A stretch of DNA of 64,000 bases from contig SFFH01000001.1 of NCBI GenBank assembly GCA_004557905.1, positions 83,623 to 147,622 of the forward strand. The letters run 5' to 3'. How positions within the stretch are numbered: position 1 is the stretch's first letter; each line of letters starts with the position of its first letter. This DNA comes from Clostridiales bacterium. GTDB lineage: Bacteria > Bacillota > Clostridia > Christensenellales > Aristaeellaceae. Under the pieces are notes generated by a model, which worked only from the letters and a program-made list of their open reading frames with translations, was not told where the DNA came from and did not search any database. Positions 44,128 to 53,677 of the stretch are shown here, one piece after another. A program made the position numbers and the translations under genes.

Positions 44128-44583
44128 ATGAAAAGATTGCTGCTGATGTCCGCACTGATCCTGCTGGCGCTGTGCCTGATTGCCGGACGATGCGGGCCGC
44201 ATGAGGCGCGCGCGGAGACGACCGTGCACCTGACATGCGCCGGCGACGTGACGCTGGGCAGCGAGGAGGCGGTGCGGACAAAGGGCTATTCGCTGGAGAA
44301 TTTCTGCTTCGGCGGGAACAGGAACGTGCGCGCGATGGAATCGCTCGTCGCCGTGGCGGAGCTAAAATTTGCGGACGACGGGACGTACCTGAGCCAGCAG
44401 ATCACGCTCTATCCGGCGCACATCTCCGGTACGCAGCCGCGCAGCAATTATCAGCCGCACCTGGTCACGGGAAAGGACGCCGCGCGCGTCATGCGGCGCG
44501 TTCAGGCGGACACGCGGTTTGCGCTCAATCCCGTCGACGAGGCGACGGGCGCGGCGGTGCAGGAAACGCAGAGGGCGAACTAA
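44128..44583 (+). CDS. Secreted CapA/PGA_cap-family remnant (internally deleted)
   Basis: A signal peptide is followed by 'LTCAGDVTLG' (a CapA N-terminal motif). This is followed almost directly by 'GYSLENFCFGG' and a CapA-like C-terminus. The metallophosphatase core of about 200 aa is missing. Confidence 0.5.
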   Translation: MKRLLLMSALILLALCLIAGRCGPHEARAETTVHLTCAGDVTLGSEEAVRTKGYSLENFCFGGNRNVRAMESLVAVAELKFADDGTYLSQQITLYPAHISGTQPRSNYQPHLVTGKDAARVMRRVQADTRFALNPVDEATGAAVQETQRAN

Positions 44584-44624
44584 TCAGGGTTCCGCCAAGA
44601 CGGCTGAATGGAAGGGGTGAGAGA

Positions 44625-45863
44625 TTGAAAAGCGGCAAGAACAAAAGGGCACGGCATGCCAGGCTTGATATGGAGTACGTGGTCTATCCGACGACGGTAT
44701 GCGTGGTTTTGCTGGTGGTCGCCACGTTTACGGGGATGTGGATCACAGGAGAGAACCCCTATCGCTCGTATGCACTGCAAGCCTGCGCCTGGCTGGAGGG
44801 GCGCCTGGATTTGGGCATGGATTATCCCTGGCTGGAGCTTGCTATCTTTGAGGGCAAGTATTACGTCAGCTTTCCGCCGTTCCCTTCGTTCGTGCTCCTT
44901 CCATTTGCGGTGGTTTGCGGCGCCGATACGCCGGATCACGCCCTTTCTGTCCTGTTTACGGTTGTCGGCGTCGTCTATGCGCTCAGGTTGTACAAGATGA
45001 AAACGGGTGGCTTTGACCATGCCGGGCAATATGTCCTTTTCCTGTTTCTGGGCAACGGGTATTTGTTCATCGCTATGCAGGGCTGGGTATGGTTTTTGGC
45101 GCAATGTATGTGTTTTACGATGTCACTCATGGCGCTGTATTACGCCGAACGCGGGCGGGGCGGAGGTTCGCTGGCCTGCTGGGCGTGTGCGGTCGGGTGC
45201 CGGCCGATGGTTGTCGTGTATTTCCCGCTGCTGCTGCTGATCCTGCTTCGGCATGGACGCGAGCAGACAGGCATGCGCGCCATCACGCTGATTCGCTCGA
45301 AATGGTATTGGGCGGTTCCGGCGTTTTGCATAGTCAGTGTGTACATGATTCTCAATGCTGCGCGGTTTGGGAATCCGCTTGAATTCGGGCACAGCTATTT
45401 GCCGGAATTTATGCGGGTAGAGGAGGGACAGTTCAGCCTCAGCTATTTGCGAAAGAATCTAAGCCAGCTTCTCCGCCTTCCCCAAATGGGCGGCGAGCAT
45501 GGGGCCCTCGTGTATGACACCTATGACTGCATGGCGTTTTGGCTGATCGCCCCCATCTTTATCCTGTTCTTCTATGCGTGGGCATGCAGCCTTTGCTTTA
45601 AGCATAGGCCATATGGCGCGGAGATCGCGGTAATACCGCTTACGCTGCTTGCGCATCTTCTCATCGTCTGCTGTCACAGGACGCTGGGGGGATATCAGTT
45701 TGGAAATCGATATTTGGTCGATATGTTGCCCTACGTATTCTATGGGGTGCTGCTGCTGAAGCCGGGGAGTGAGCGGTTTTCTCTGTGGAGCATGCCCTTA
45801 TGCGCGATGGGATTTTCGATCAATCTGATAGGCACTGTCGCCACCTACAATCATTGGATTTAG
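44625..45863 (+). CDS. GT-C fold (ArnT/PMT-like) membrane glycosyltransferase
   Basis: Polytopic, with 'EGKYYVSFPPFPSFVLLP'. TTG start at 44625 after GAAGGGG; an alternative ATG lies at 44670. Confidence 0.6.
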   Translation: MKSGKNKRARHARLDMEYVVYPTTVCVVLLVVATFTGMWITGENPYRSYALQACAWLEGRLDLGMDYPWLELAIFEGKYYVSFPPFPSFVLLPFAVVCGADTPDHALSVLFTVVGVVYALRLYKMKTGGFDHAGQYVLFLFLGNGYLFIAMQGWVWFLAQCMCFTMSLMALYYAERGRGGGSLACWACAVGCRPMVVVYFPLLLLILLRHGREQTGMRAITLIRSKWYWAVPAFCIVSVYMILNAARFGNPLEFGHSYLPEFMRVEEGQFSLSYLRKNLSQLLRLPQMGGEHGALVYDTYDCMAFWLIAPIFILFFYAWACSLCFKHRPYGAEIAVIPLTLLAHLLIVCCHRTLGGYQFGNRYLVDMLPYVFYGVLLLKPGSERFSLWSMPLCAMGFSINLIGTVATYNHWI

Positions 45864-45940
45864 GAAACCGAACGCATGAAGGATAGATGGATATGCGGCA
45901 AAATCCCCGGAAAAAACAATTCGGATGGAATAGGGAGGAC

Positions 45941-46843
45941 ATGAAGATGCAAAAGAACAAACAGATGATGCGGCGCCTGGCCATGCTGGTCCTGCTGCTG
46001 TGCAGCTTTGCGCCGTGCGCGCTGGCGCGCAGCTACAGCCTGGGTGACGAGGCGGCGGAGGTCGCGTCGATTCAGGAGGCGCTGGAGGCACTGGATCTCT
46101 ATTACACGGATATCACCGGCCACTACGGCAAGCGGACGCAGTCCGCCGTGCGCAAATTTCAGAAGCGGTATGGACTGGCGCAGACCGGCGTGGCGGACGA
46201 GGAGACGATCGCGCTGCTCTACCGGCTCTCGGATACAAAAGCGCCCGCGGAAAACGCGGCGCTCCCGCAGGCGGGCTACGGCGCATCGACGCTGCGCGAG
46301 GGCAGCCGGAGCGACGCGGTGCGCCTCCTGCAGGAGAATCTGGCGCTGCTTGACTATTACGAGGGCAACGTGACGGGCAGCTATGGCCGGCTGACAAAGG
46401 AGGCGGTGCGGCGCTTCCAGCGGGACAACGATCTCTCCGCGGACGGCGTGGCAGGGCCGCGGACGTTTGAAAGGCTGAACGCGCTGCTCACGGACGGCAG
46501 CGGGCAGGAGACGCCGGTGTTCACGCTGCCGGCTGGCCAGACGCCTGCCGGAACGGACGCAAAGACGCCGCTGGAGAACGTGCCTAAGCTCAATACCGAG
46601 TGGACGCTCAGACGCTCCAGCCGCTCCGGCTATGTGACCCGGCTGCAGAAGGCGCTGATTGCGCTGGGCTATTACACCGGCAGCGCGGACGGGTACTTTG
46701 GCAGCGGCACGGAGGACGCGGTCAGGGCATATCAGCAGGCGAGGGGGCTTCAGGTGGATGGCGTGGCGGGCCGCGCGACGCTGCGAAAGATCAACAGCGA
46801 CGTGCAAAGCGGTGTCACCGCGGCAAGCACCGTCATCGACTGA
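45941..46843 (+). CDS. Secreted protein with four peptidoglycan-binding (PG_binding_1) repeats
   Basis: Repeated 'G.YG..T..AV..FQ...GL..DG.AG..T' units and a signal peptide. ATG follows GGGAGGA. Confidence 0.8.
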   Translation: MKMQKNKQMMRRLAMLVLLLCSFAPCALARSYSLGDEAAEVASIQEALEALDLYYTDITGHYGKRTQSAVRKFQKRYGLAQTGVADEETIALLYRLSDTKAPAENAALPQAGYGASTLREGSRSDAVRLLQENLALLDYYEGNVTGSYGRLTKEAVRRFQRDNDLSADGVAGPRTFERLNALLTDGSGQETPVFTLPAGQTPAGTDAKTPLENVPKLNTEWTLRRSSRSGYVTRLQKALIALGYYTGSADGYFGSGTEDAVRAYQQARGLQVDGVAGRATLRKINSDVQSGVTAASTVID

Positions 46844-46908
46844 CCGGCGCTTGCCAGGAGAGAGCCGATGCTGTATGATAGGAAACGAAAAACGAGGGGG
46901 AGACAGGG

Positions 46909-47463
46909 ATGAACGAACAGACCGAACGGGAATGGTTTGAACGGATCTATCAGGACCATGCGGACATGCTCTTTCGCCTGGGCCGCCATCTGCTCGGCGG
47001 GCAGGACGACAGCGCACTGTATGATCTGATGCAGGATGCGTTTCTGGATGCGTGGAGCAAGCGCGAGAAGCTGATGGCGCATCCCAACATCGGCGGCTGG
47101 CTGGCGCTGTCGCTCAAGAACCGCGCGATGTCCGCCCGGCAGAAGGCTCAGCGCAGGGGCCTGCGCAACGCGTATTCGCTGGACGACGAGGAGAGTGCGC
47201 CCGTGGCGGACACGGCGATGACGCCGGAGCAGGAGGCGCTGCTTGGCGACCGCGTGGCGGCGCTGCGCGAGCTGCTGGGCGAGGAGAATGCGGCGCTGTT
47301 CCTCGCCTATGCGGTGGACGGCTGCACGGCGAAGGAGATCGGCAGGCGCTGGGGGCTGAGCGAGGACTGCGTGTGGATGCGCATCTCGCGCATGAAGCGC
47401 AAGCTGGTCGCGCATCCGGAAATCTTCTACGCGATGCTGCTCGTCGCCATCGGCGTAGGCTGA
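46909..47463 (+). CDS. ECF-type sigma-70 family RNA polymerase sigma factor
   Basis: Region 2 'DLMQDAFLDAW' and region 4 'YAVDGCTAKEIGRRWGLSEDCVWMRISRMKRKL'. Confidence 0.85.
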   Translation: MNEQTEREWFERIYQDHADMLFRLGRHLLGGQDDSALYDLMQDAFLDAWSKREKLMAHPNIGGWLALSLKNRAMSARQKAQRRGLRNAYSLDDEESAPVADTAMTPEQEALLGDRVAALRELLGEENAALFLAYAVDGCTAKEIGRRWGLSEDCVWMRISRMKRKLVAHPEIFYAMLLVAIGVG

Positions 47464-47481
47464 GAAGGGAGGCGGCAAAAC

Positions 47482-48882
47482 ATGGATAACCGAATGAAGG
47501 AAAAGATCAGAGACGGCCGTCTGACGAGGGATGACGTGAGGCGGATGATCGACTGGCAGCTGACGCTTGAGAGTGAGAAGATCGACAGCAATCTGCTGGG
47601 CGAATGCCTGCTGTTCCTCTATCCGCAGGAGCCGGCGCTTCGGCCGGAGGACAAGAAGATGCTTTGGAACCGGATCAAAGCCGCAGCCTTCGGCACGTCC
47701 CGCGTGCACAGGCGGCAGCGGCACCACCGCCGCGCGTCCGTGCGGACGATCCTGATCGCAGCGTTGCTGCTGCTTCTGCTGGCGGGCGCGGCCATCGCCG
47801 CGGTGCTGGGCACCTTCGGGCGCTTCACCACCGATCCGATGATCGAGATGAGCCACACGAGGCTGGAGCATCTGGAAGAAGTTGCAGAGACTGTGGGCAA
47901 GACGATTGTGGTGAACGCGCCCTCGGGCGAGCTTGACCGGATCGACCTGACAACGGACTACGGCAAGATTCAGGCGCAGCAGTACGGGCGGCAGTTTGAA
48001 TTGACGGTCGATCAGGTCTACTGCGACGGCAACAAGCTGTACTACTCCTATCAGCTCAGCGAAAAGAACCGCACCTTTGAGCTGCTGGAGGGCACGCCGA
48101 CGGGCTTTGAGGCCTGGGACTGGGAGGAGCCCGGCAAAAAGCTGACGGACACCTACTGGACGCCGGGCGCGACCGAGGAGGAGGAAGCCGCCGCGAAGGC
48201 GTGGTTTGCCACGCATGAACAGGCGTATGCGATCGAATCCTATTTCGGTCTGGGCGACGGCGCGGATCTCAACGACGGAAGTGAATGCGGCATTTCGCTG
48301 AACATCTGGGACAGCGGCATGGAGCAGATCAATCCGTATACCAAGGTCGGCTTCCAGCAGGTCGATCTGCCGGAGGACTATGTGCCGGGCGAGACGATCG
48401 ACTTCCTGCTCACGGTCATGTACAGCACGGAGGTCGTCTGTCAGGACGAGACCGGCGTATACCGCACCGGCGTGCGCCAGAAGGAGAATCGAGGCTTCAT
48501 GCGCGTGCCGGTCACGGCGAAGATCACCGGCAAGCCGGAGGAATTCGTGAAGACCGTTCAATTTGACGATTACACCGCCGAGGTGCACCTGGCGATCTCA
48601 GACGTGGACATCTCCGGCATGGTGTATATCGACGCGCCGCAGGAATGGATCGATGCCTATCAGGAGATGGACGGCTGGGCGGATTGGGTAACGGACTACA
48701 AGCTGATCGCGGACGGTCAGGAGATGCCCAATGTGAGCGGCGGCTACGGTATAGGAGGAGATGAGGAACGCTGGAGGGTGTACATCCGCTACGACCTGCC
48801 GCAGAGCACGGAGCACCTGACGCTTGTGCCGTATGGCGGAGGCCGGAAGCGCAGCGAAGCGGAAAACATTGTCATTCGCTGA
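47482..48882 (+). CDS. Putative anti-sigma factor / single-pass membrane protein with a large extracytoplasmic domain
   Basis: Immediately downstream of the sigma gene. One TM helix 'ILIAALLLLLLAGAAIAAVLG'. Confidence 0.6.
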   Translation: MDNRMKEKIRDGRLTRDDVRRMIDWQLTLESEKIDSNLLGECLLFLYPQEPALRPEDKKMLWNRIKAAAFGTSRVHRRQRHHRRASVRTILIAALLLLLLAGAAIAAVLGTFGRFTTDPMIEMSHTRLEHLEEVAETVGKTIVVNAPSGELDRIDLTTDYGKIQAQQYGRQFELTVDQVYCDGNKLYYSYQLSEKNRTFELLEGTPTGFEAWDWEEPGKKLTDTYWTPGATEEEEAAAKAWFATHEQAYAIESYFGLGDGADLNDGSECGISLNIWDSGMEQINPYTKVGFQQVDLPEDYVPGETIDFLLTVMYSTEVVCQDETGVYRTGVRQKENRGFMRVPVTAKITGKPEEFVKTVQFDDYTAEVHLAISDVDISGMVYIDAPQEWIDAYQEMDGWADWVTDYKLIADGQEMPNVSGGYGIGGDEERWRVYIRYDLPQSTEHLTLVPYGGGRKRSEAENIVIR

Positions 48883-49107
48883 GCGGAAAATCCTGCCATA
48901 CGCAGCTTTTCCGCGCCAATGTATCGCGCGCATGCCTTTCGCGCACAATAGGGCCACAAGAATCCTTGGAGGCGATGTGCGTGGAACATGAGCGGCACAA
49001 TCTGATTCCCTATGCGCTGGAGCCGGTACCGCGCCCCGGCGACCGGGAGACGCGCGTGCGCAGGCCGCCGGACGGCATGCGCATCCGCAACGAAAGGGGC
49101 GCGGTGC

Positions 49108-49572
49108 ATGGAAGGTAATCCGCAGCCCAAAAAGCGGCAGCAGCGCTACGCCCAGCTGGTCGAGCGCCTCTCCCCGAAGAGCGACTTCGCGCAGGGCCTG
49201 TTCCGGGCCTTCTGGGTCGGCGGCGTGATCTGTATGATCGGCCAGGGCATCAACGACATCTTCTGCCTGGGGCTCAAGTGGGGCGCGCAGGCGTGCGCCA
49301 CGGGGACGAGCATCTGCCTGATTTTCCTCTCCGCGCTGCTCACCGGCATCGGCGTGTATGACAAAATCGGCAAATACGCCGGCGCGGGAAGCATCGTGCC
49401 AATAACAGGATTTTCCAATTCTGTTATCTCGCCGGCGATGGAGTTTAGGCGCGAGGGCCTGGTCATGGGCGTGGGCGCGAAGCTGTTCACCCTGGCGGGG
49501 CCGGTGCTGGTGTACGGCATCTGTTCGTCGATCATTGTGGGCCTGATTGCGTTTGTCATGGAAGTGATCTGA
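49108..49572 (+). CDS. spoVAC: Stage V sporulation protein AC
   Basis: 'FWVGGVICMIGQ..GAGSIVPITGFSNS..' The real ATG is at 49108; the track ORF starts upstream. Confidence 0.9.
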   Translation: MEGNPQPKKRQQRYAQLVERLSPKSDFAQGLFRAFWVGGVICMIGQGINDIFCLGLKWGAQACATGTSICLIFLSALLTGIGVYDKIGKYAGAGSIVPITGFSNSVISPAMEFRREGLVMGVGAKLFTLAGPVLVYGICSSIIVGLIAFVMEVI

Positions 49573-49577
49573 AGAGG

Positions 49578-49604
49578 CCGCCGCAGAGCGTTTTTCTGCG
49601 GCGG
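49578..49604 (+). terminator. spoVAC terminator
   Basis: ccgccgcag-agcgttttt-ctgcggcgg, followed by a T-rich tail. Confidence 0.6.
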
Positions 49605-49625
49605 TATATTGTTTTCCGGGAACGC

Positions 49626-49654
49626 TTGCGATGAAGAAGTGAATGCGGTATACT
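49626..49654 (+). promoter_or_regulatory. Sigma-A promoter of the GH2 gene
   Basis: TTGCGA, 17 nt, TATACT. Confidence 0.55.
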
Positions 49655-49731
49655 CTTGGCAGAAAGCTCTGCATGCGGGCCGAAAATGCCGCATGGGAGC
49701 ACAAAACAAGCAGAAAAACGGAGGAAGAACC

Positions 49732-51453
49732 ATGAGTCAGCAGATTCCGCGTCCGGAATACCCGCGCCCGCAGTTTGTACGCGCGGGATGGATGAACCTG
49801 AACGGCACCTGGCAGTTTGAGATCGATCACGGCGATTCGGGCCGCAAGCGCGGTCTGGTGAAAAAGGAGCCGCTTGACGGCAGCATCCTCGTGCCGTTCT
49901 GCCCGGAGAGCGCGCTGTCCGACGTGGGTAACAAGGACTTTATGCGCGCCGTCTGGTACAGACGCACGGTGACGCTGCCCGAGGAGGCGAAGGGCAAGCG
50001 CGTGCTGCTGCACTTTGGCGCGGTGGATTACGCCGCGGAGGTGTGGGTGAACGGAACGAGCGTCGGCACGCACAAGGGCGGCTACACGCCCTTTGTCTTC
50101 GACGTGACGGACGCGCTCATCGAGGGCGAAAACGCCATTGTGGTCTGCGCGCAGGACGACACGCGCAGCGGCCATCAGCCCAGCGGCAAGCAGAGCCAGA
50201 GCTATGAGTCCCATGGCTGCTTTTACACCCGCACGACGGGCATCTGGCAGACGGTCTGGCTGGAGTGGGTCGATCCCTGCCATATGCAGGAGGTGTACCT
50301 CACGCCGCATGCCGAGGCCGGCACGGTGACGGTCCGCGCCCTCGTCTCCGGCGCGTGCACGCTGCGCGCCAGCGCGTCCTACGAGGGCAGGCCCATGGGC
50401 GAAATGCAGGCCAGGACCTCGGGCGGCGTGGCGGAGCTGGTGCTCCCGCTTACAGAGAAGCACCTGTGGAACGTCGGCGAGCCGAGACTCTACGACCTGA
50501 CGCTGGAGCTGGTTCGGGACGGCGCGGTCTGCGACCGGCTGGACAGCTACTTCGGCCTGCGCAGCGTCCGCTTTGACGGCATGCGCTTTCTCCTCAATGA
50601 CAGGCCGGTTTTCCAGCGCCTGGTGCTCGACCAGGGCTTCTATCCGGACGGCATCTACACCGCGCCCACGGATGAGGCGCTGCGCCATGACATTGAGCTT
50701 TCCATGGCGATGGGCTTCAACGGCGCGCGCCTGCACGAGAAGGTCTTTGAGCCCCGCTTCCTGTACCATGCGGATCATCTGGGCTATCTGTGCTGGGGCG
50801 AGATGGCCAACTGGGGTCTTGATCACAGCGAGGACGCCGCGCTGGCGGACTTCCTGAACGACTGGATTCCGGAGGTCAAGCGCGATTACAGCGCGCCGAG
50901 CATCATCGGCTGGTGCCCGTTCAACGAGACCTGGGATCAAAGCGGCCGCGCGCAGTGCGACGACGTGCTGCGCATGGTGCATCGCATCACCAAGGCGCTC
51001 GATCCGACGCGCCCGTGCATCGATACCTCCGGCAACTACCATGTGGAGACCGACATCTTTGATGTGCACGAGTACGAGCAGAACCCGGAGATCTTCCGCG
51101 GCTATTACGGTGCGGGCGCGCCGCTGCTGTATGACCGCCTGGGAAAGCGGCAGACGTACACGCCGGGCCTGCCGGTGTTTGTCAGCGAGTACGGCGGCAT
51201 CTGGTGGAGCGACACGGACAAGAACGGCTGGGGATACGGCGAGCGCGTCAAGAGCCGCGAGGAGTTCCTTGCGCGCTATCGCGGGCTGACCGAGACGCTG
51301 CTGCATAACCCGGATCACTTCGGTTTCTGCTATACGCAGCTGACCGATGTGGAGCAGGAGCAGAACGGCCTGTACACCTATGACCGAAGAGCGAAGTTCC
51401 CGCCGGAGGTCATCCGCGCGATCAACAGCCAGAAGGCCGCTTGCGAGGAATAA
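49732..51453 (+). CDS. Glycoside hydrolase family 2 protein (beta-galactosidase/glucuronidase-like)
   Basis: 'EYPRPQFVR..WMNLNGTWQF' and 'NGARLHEK'. ATG follows GGAGGAAG. Confidence 0.8.
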   Translation: MSQQIPRPEYPRPQFVRAGWMNLNGTWQFEIDHGDSGRKRGLVKKEPLDGSILVPFCPESALSDVGNKDFMRAVWYRRTVTLPEEAKGKRVLLHFGAVDYAAEVWVNGTSVGTHKGGYTPFVFDVTDALIEGENAIVVCAQDDTRSGHQPSGKQSQSYESHGCFYTRTTGIWQTVWLEWVDPCHMQEVYLTPHAEAGTVTVRALVSGACTLRASASYEGRPMGEMQARTSGGVAELVLPLTEKHLWNVGEPRLYDLTLELVRDGAVCDRLDSYFGLRSVRFDGMRFLLNDRPVFQRLVLDQGFYPDGIYTAPTDEALRHDIELSMAMGFNGARLHEKVFEPRFLYHADHLGYLCWGEMANWGLDHSEDAALADFLNDWIPEVKRDYSAPSIIGWCPFNETWDQSGRAQCDDVLRMVHRITKALDPTRPCIDTSGNYHVETDIFDVHEYEQNPEIFRGYYGAGAPLLYDRLGKRQTYTPGLPVFVSEYGGIWWSDTDKNGWGYGERVKSREEFLARYRGLTETLLHNPDHFGFCYTQLTDVEQEQNGLYTYDRRAKFPPEVIRAINSQKAACEE

Positions 51454-51523
51454 CCTTGTTTTGCGATCAAACTGCATAGCAAAACGCCCGAAGCCAAGCT
51501 GCTTCGGGCGTTCTCTTCGCCGC

Positions 51524-52594
51524 TTACAGCGTGCCCTTGCGCACGCAGATGCAGATTGCGCCGTTCAAGACGGTGCAGTCGAGGTAGATCGGGAAATCGT
51601 AGTCGTTCTGGAACCGGAGATTGAGGTTCTCCGCGCCGACGGCCGCGTCCACGCCGTGAGGCGCATACTTCGCGCCGCCGGGGCCGTGCGGACGGCGCCA
51701 GAGGATTGTGATGCCGTCGGAGAGCTGCAGGAGCGCGTTGTACAGCGTCGTGGAAACCTGGCAGGTGCCGCCGCCGTAGCCTGCGACCGTGCCGCCGTCG
51801 ATCAGGACGGGCGAGGGCATGTAGCCGCGGCTCTTGCGGTACGGTCCGGCGATCTCGTTGAAGTCAAACACCTCGCCGGGCTGATAGGTTCTGGCGATGT
51901 ACTGGCAGCCCACGCGCAGGTTTTCCATGCGGCCGATGTTCAGCTCGGTCGTCTTGGTGGAATAGAACGTGGTGAACGCGGCCAGAATGTCGCCCTCGGC
52001 GGCCTCCGCAACGTCGGGCGCGACGGGCGTGAGCGACTCGAGATCGCCCACATACACATAGCCGATCAGACGGTTGTACGGCACGACGGCCCAGCCGTCG
52101 CGGATCATCCACATGCTCAGGCGCGTGCCGGCGGGCAGGGGAACGATCTGCTCGGCCTCCTCGCTTGCCTCGGCGCGCAGGCTGGTGTCGTTTGAGACGG
52201 TGGCGATGAAGCGGTGCCTGATCACGCCGTAGGGTGTGACGTCCGCGGAGACAGGCTCGATGGTATCGACGTTGCGGCGGCGGATGTAGTAGATGCCCAC
52301 CTCGTCGTCCCAACAGAAGAGCCAATCCTGATCGTAGCCCCAGATCTGAACGGTCTTGCGCTCCGTCAGCTGGCCGAGGGATGCGCTCTCCAGATCGGGC
52401 TCGCTGCGCATGTTCAGGCTCAGAGTTGTCTTGGCGGTGTAAAGCACCCGGGGCTTGCCGTTTTCATCGGCGGATTCCATAAAATCCTCAAAGCAGATAT
52501 CATAGCCGGTGTCCGTCGCGGCGGCGAGTCCAAGGGCGGGCGTCAGCAGAAGAGCCAGCAGGCAAAGCAAAGAGACAAAGTGATGATTTCGCAC
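51524..52594 (-). CDS. VanW-family protein with N-terminal SH3-like repeats
   Basis: 'GGGTCQVSTTLYNA', 'RFQNDYDFPIYL'. GTG start after GGAGG gives a signal anchor 'FVSLLCLLALLLTPALG'. Confidence 0.8.
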   Translation of the reverse strand: MRNHHFVSLLCLLALLLTPALGLAAATDTGYDICFEDFMESADENGKPRVLYTAKTTLSLNMRSEPDLESASLGQLTERKTVQIWGYDQDWLFCWDDEVGIYYIRRRNVDTIEPVSADVTPYGVIRHRFIATVSNDTSLRAEASEEAEQIVPLPAGTRLSMWMIRDGWAVVPYNRLIGYVYVGDLESLTPVAPDVAEAAEGDILAAFTTFYSTKTTELNIGRMENLRVGCQYIARTYQPGEVFDFNEIAGPYRKSRGYMPSPVLIDGGTVAGYGGGTCQVSTTLYNALLQLSDGITILWRRPHGPGGAKYAPHGVDAAVGAENLNLRFQNDYDFPIYLDCTVLNGAICICVRKGTL

Positions 52595-52706
52595 GAAAGA
52601 GCCTCCATCAAGAGAATCGATTATCTTATTATACAGCCAAACGGCGGGCAAGGCAAGCGCGAATCCGGCATAGATTGGGACAAGTGGAAGCCAGGGGAGG
52701 GAGCGC

Positions 52707-53174
52707 ATGGGAAAAAGCTTTGTGCTCAAGGACGCGGCGGGCCGTCCCGGCGGGTATCTGACGCAGGGCATGCGGGAAATCTGCTGCCGGGCGGACGCGC
52801 AGGCGCAGCAGGCTGTTTTGCTCTTTGAAGACGGAACGGCGGAGGAAAGGCCGCTGTGCGGCGGTCAGGAGGCCCGATGGCCGGACGATGGGCGGATGCT
52901 GCGCGGCGGCTTTGTCTGCGCGGACGGCAGGCTGCTGCTGGCGAGCGGGGACGAAGCGCGCGGCGCGTTTGAGCGGATGATCATCCAAAAGCATGCGGCG
53001 CGGGAGAAAACACAGCCCCGGACGGAAAACGTGCCAGAGCCAGTGCGGGAACAGACGCAGGAGCCGGATGTCCCCGCGGAAGCGGCGCGCGCATGGCCGG
53101 AGCGCCGGTGGCCGCCGCCGCCCTGCTGGCCGCAGGCGGAATACGCACAGGGCTGCTGGCAGGAGCAGGCATAA
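52707..53174 (+). CDS. Hypothetical protein
   Basis: Strong RBS GGGGAGGGAG plus ATG, high GC3, and a bidirectional terminator downstream. Confidence 0.45.
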   Translation: MGKSFVLKDAAGRPGGYLTQGMREICCRADAQAQQAVLLFEDGTAEERPLCGGQEARWPDDGRMLRGGFVCADGRLLLASGDEARGAFERMIIQKHAAREKTQPRTENVPEPVREQTQEPDVPAEAARAWPERRWPPPPCWPQAEYAQGCWQEQA

Positions 53175-53176
53175 AA

Positions 53177-53202
53177 CAAGCCGCCTGACACCGGGCGGCC
53201 TG
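53177..53202. terminator. Bidirectional terminator between convergent small ORFs
   Basis: caagccgcctg-acac-cgggcggcctg, flanked by aaaa on one side and ttttc on the other. Confidence 0.55.
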
Positions 53203-53207
53203 CTTTT

Positions 53208-53504
53208 CTATGTCAACGGATGATTCTGCATCGGCGCGCGCCGGAGGGCTGCGCTGTGACGGGACTGGATGTCGGCGATGTAGTGCGTGCGCCGGGCGGG
53301 CACGGAGGTCAGCGGACGCGGCGGGGGCGGCTCGGCGGGCGTATCAGCTTGAACAGCGGCGGGCGCAGGCGTTTGTGGACTTTGCTCCCGGCGCTGCTGG
53401 GCCTGGCTGTACAGATCATAGGCGGTGACGATGGTGGGCGCCGGCTTTGGCCTGCTGGCGCAGAGCAGCGCATAGGGAGAGACGCTTTCAAGCATGCGGA
53501 TCAC
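53208..53504 (-). CDS. Hypothetical proline-rich small protein
   Basis: High GC3 in this frame and convergent with the terminator. The start is ambiguous (GTG 53504 or ATG 53495). Confidence 0.35.
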   Translation of the reverse strand: MIRMLESVSPYALLCASRPKPAPTIVTAYDLYSQAQQRREQSPQTPAPAAVQADTPAEPPPPRPLTSVPARRTHYIADIQSRHSAALRRAPMQNHPLT

Positions 53505-53620
53505 TCGTCCTTTCGCTTCGGCAGACGCTCAAGCGCGCCGTTTTGCTTTCAATATATGATTCCGCTCGGGAAGTGCGACAAAATAAAGCGCCTCCGTACC
53601 AGCTTTTCTCGAAAATGGGA

Positions 53621-53649
53621 TTGAGAAAAATGAAATAATCCTGTATAAT
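53621..53649 (+). promoter_or_regulatory. Sigma-A promoter of the beta-propeller gene
   Basis: TTGAGA, 17 nt, TATAAT. Confidence 0.6.
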
Positions 53650-53677
53650 GGGAAAAGACGAGACTGTCTGAAATGAG

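Noticed and set aside
46750-51477. 612-aa and 959-aa minus-strand ORFs (46750-48588 and 48598-51477)
   Set aside because: They are shadow ORFs opposite the sigma factor, anti-sigma, spoVAC and GH2 genes, all of which have clear motifs and RBSs on the plus strand.
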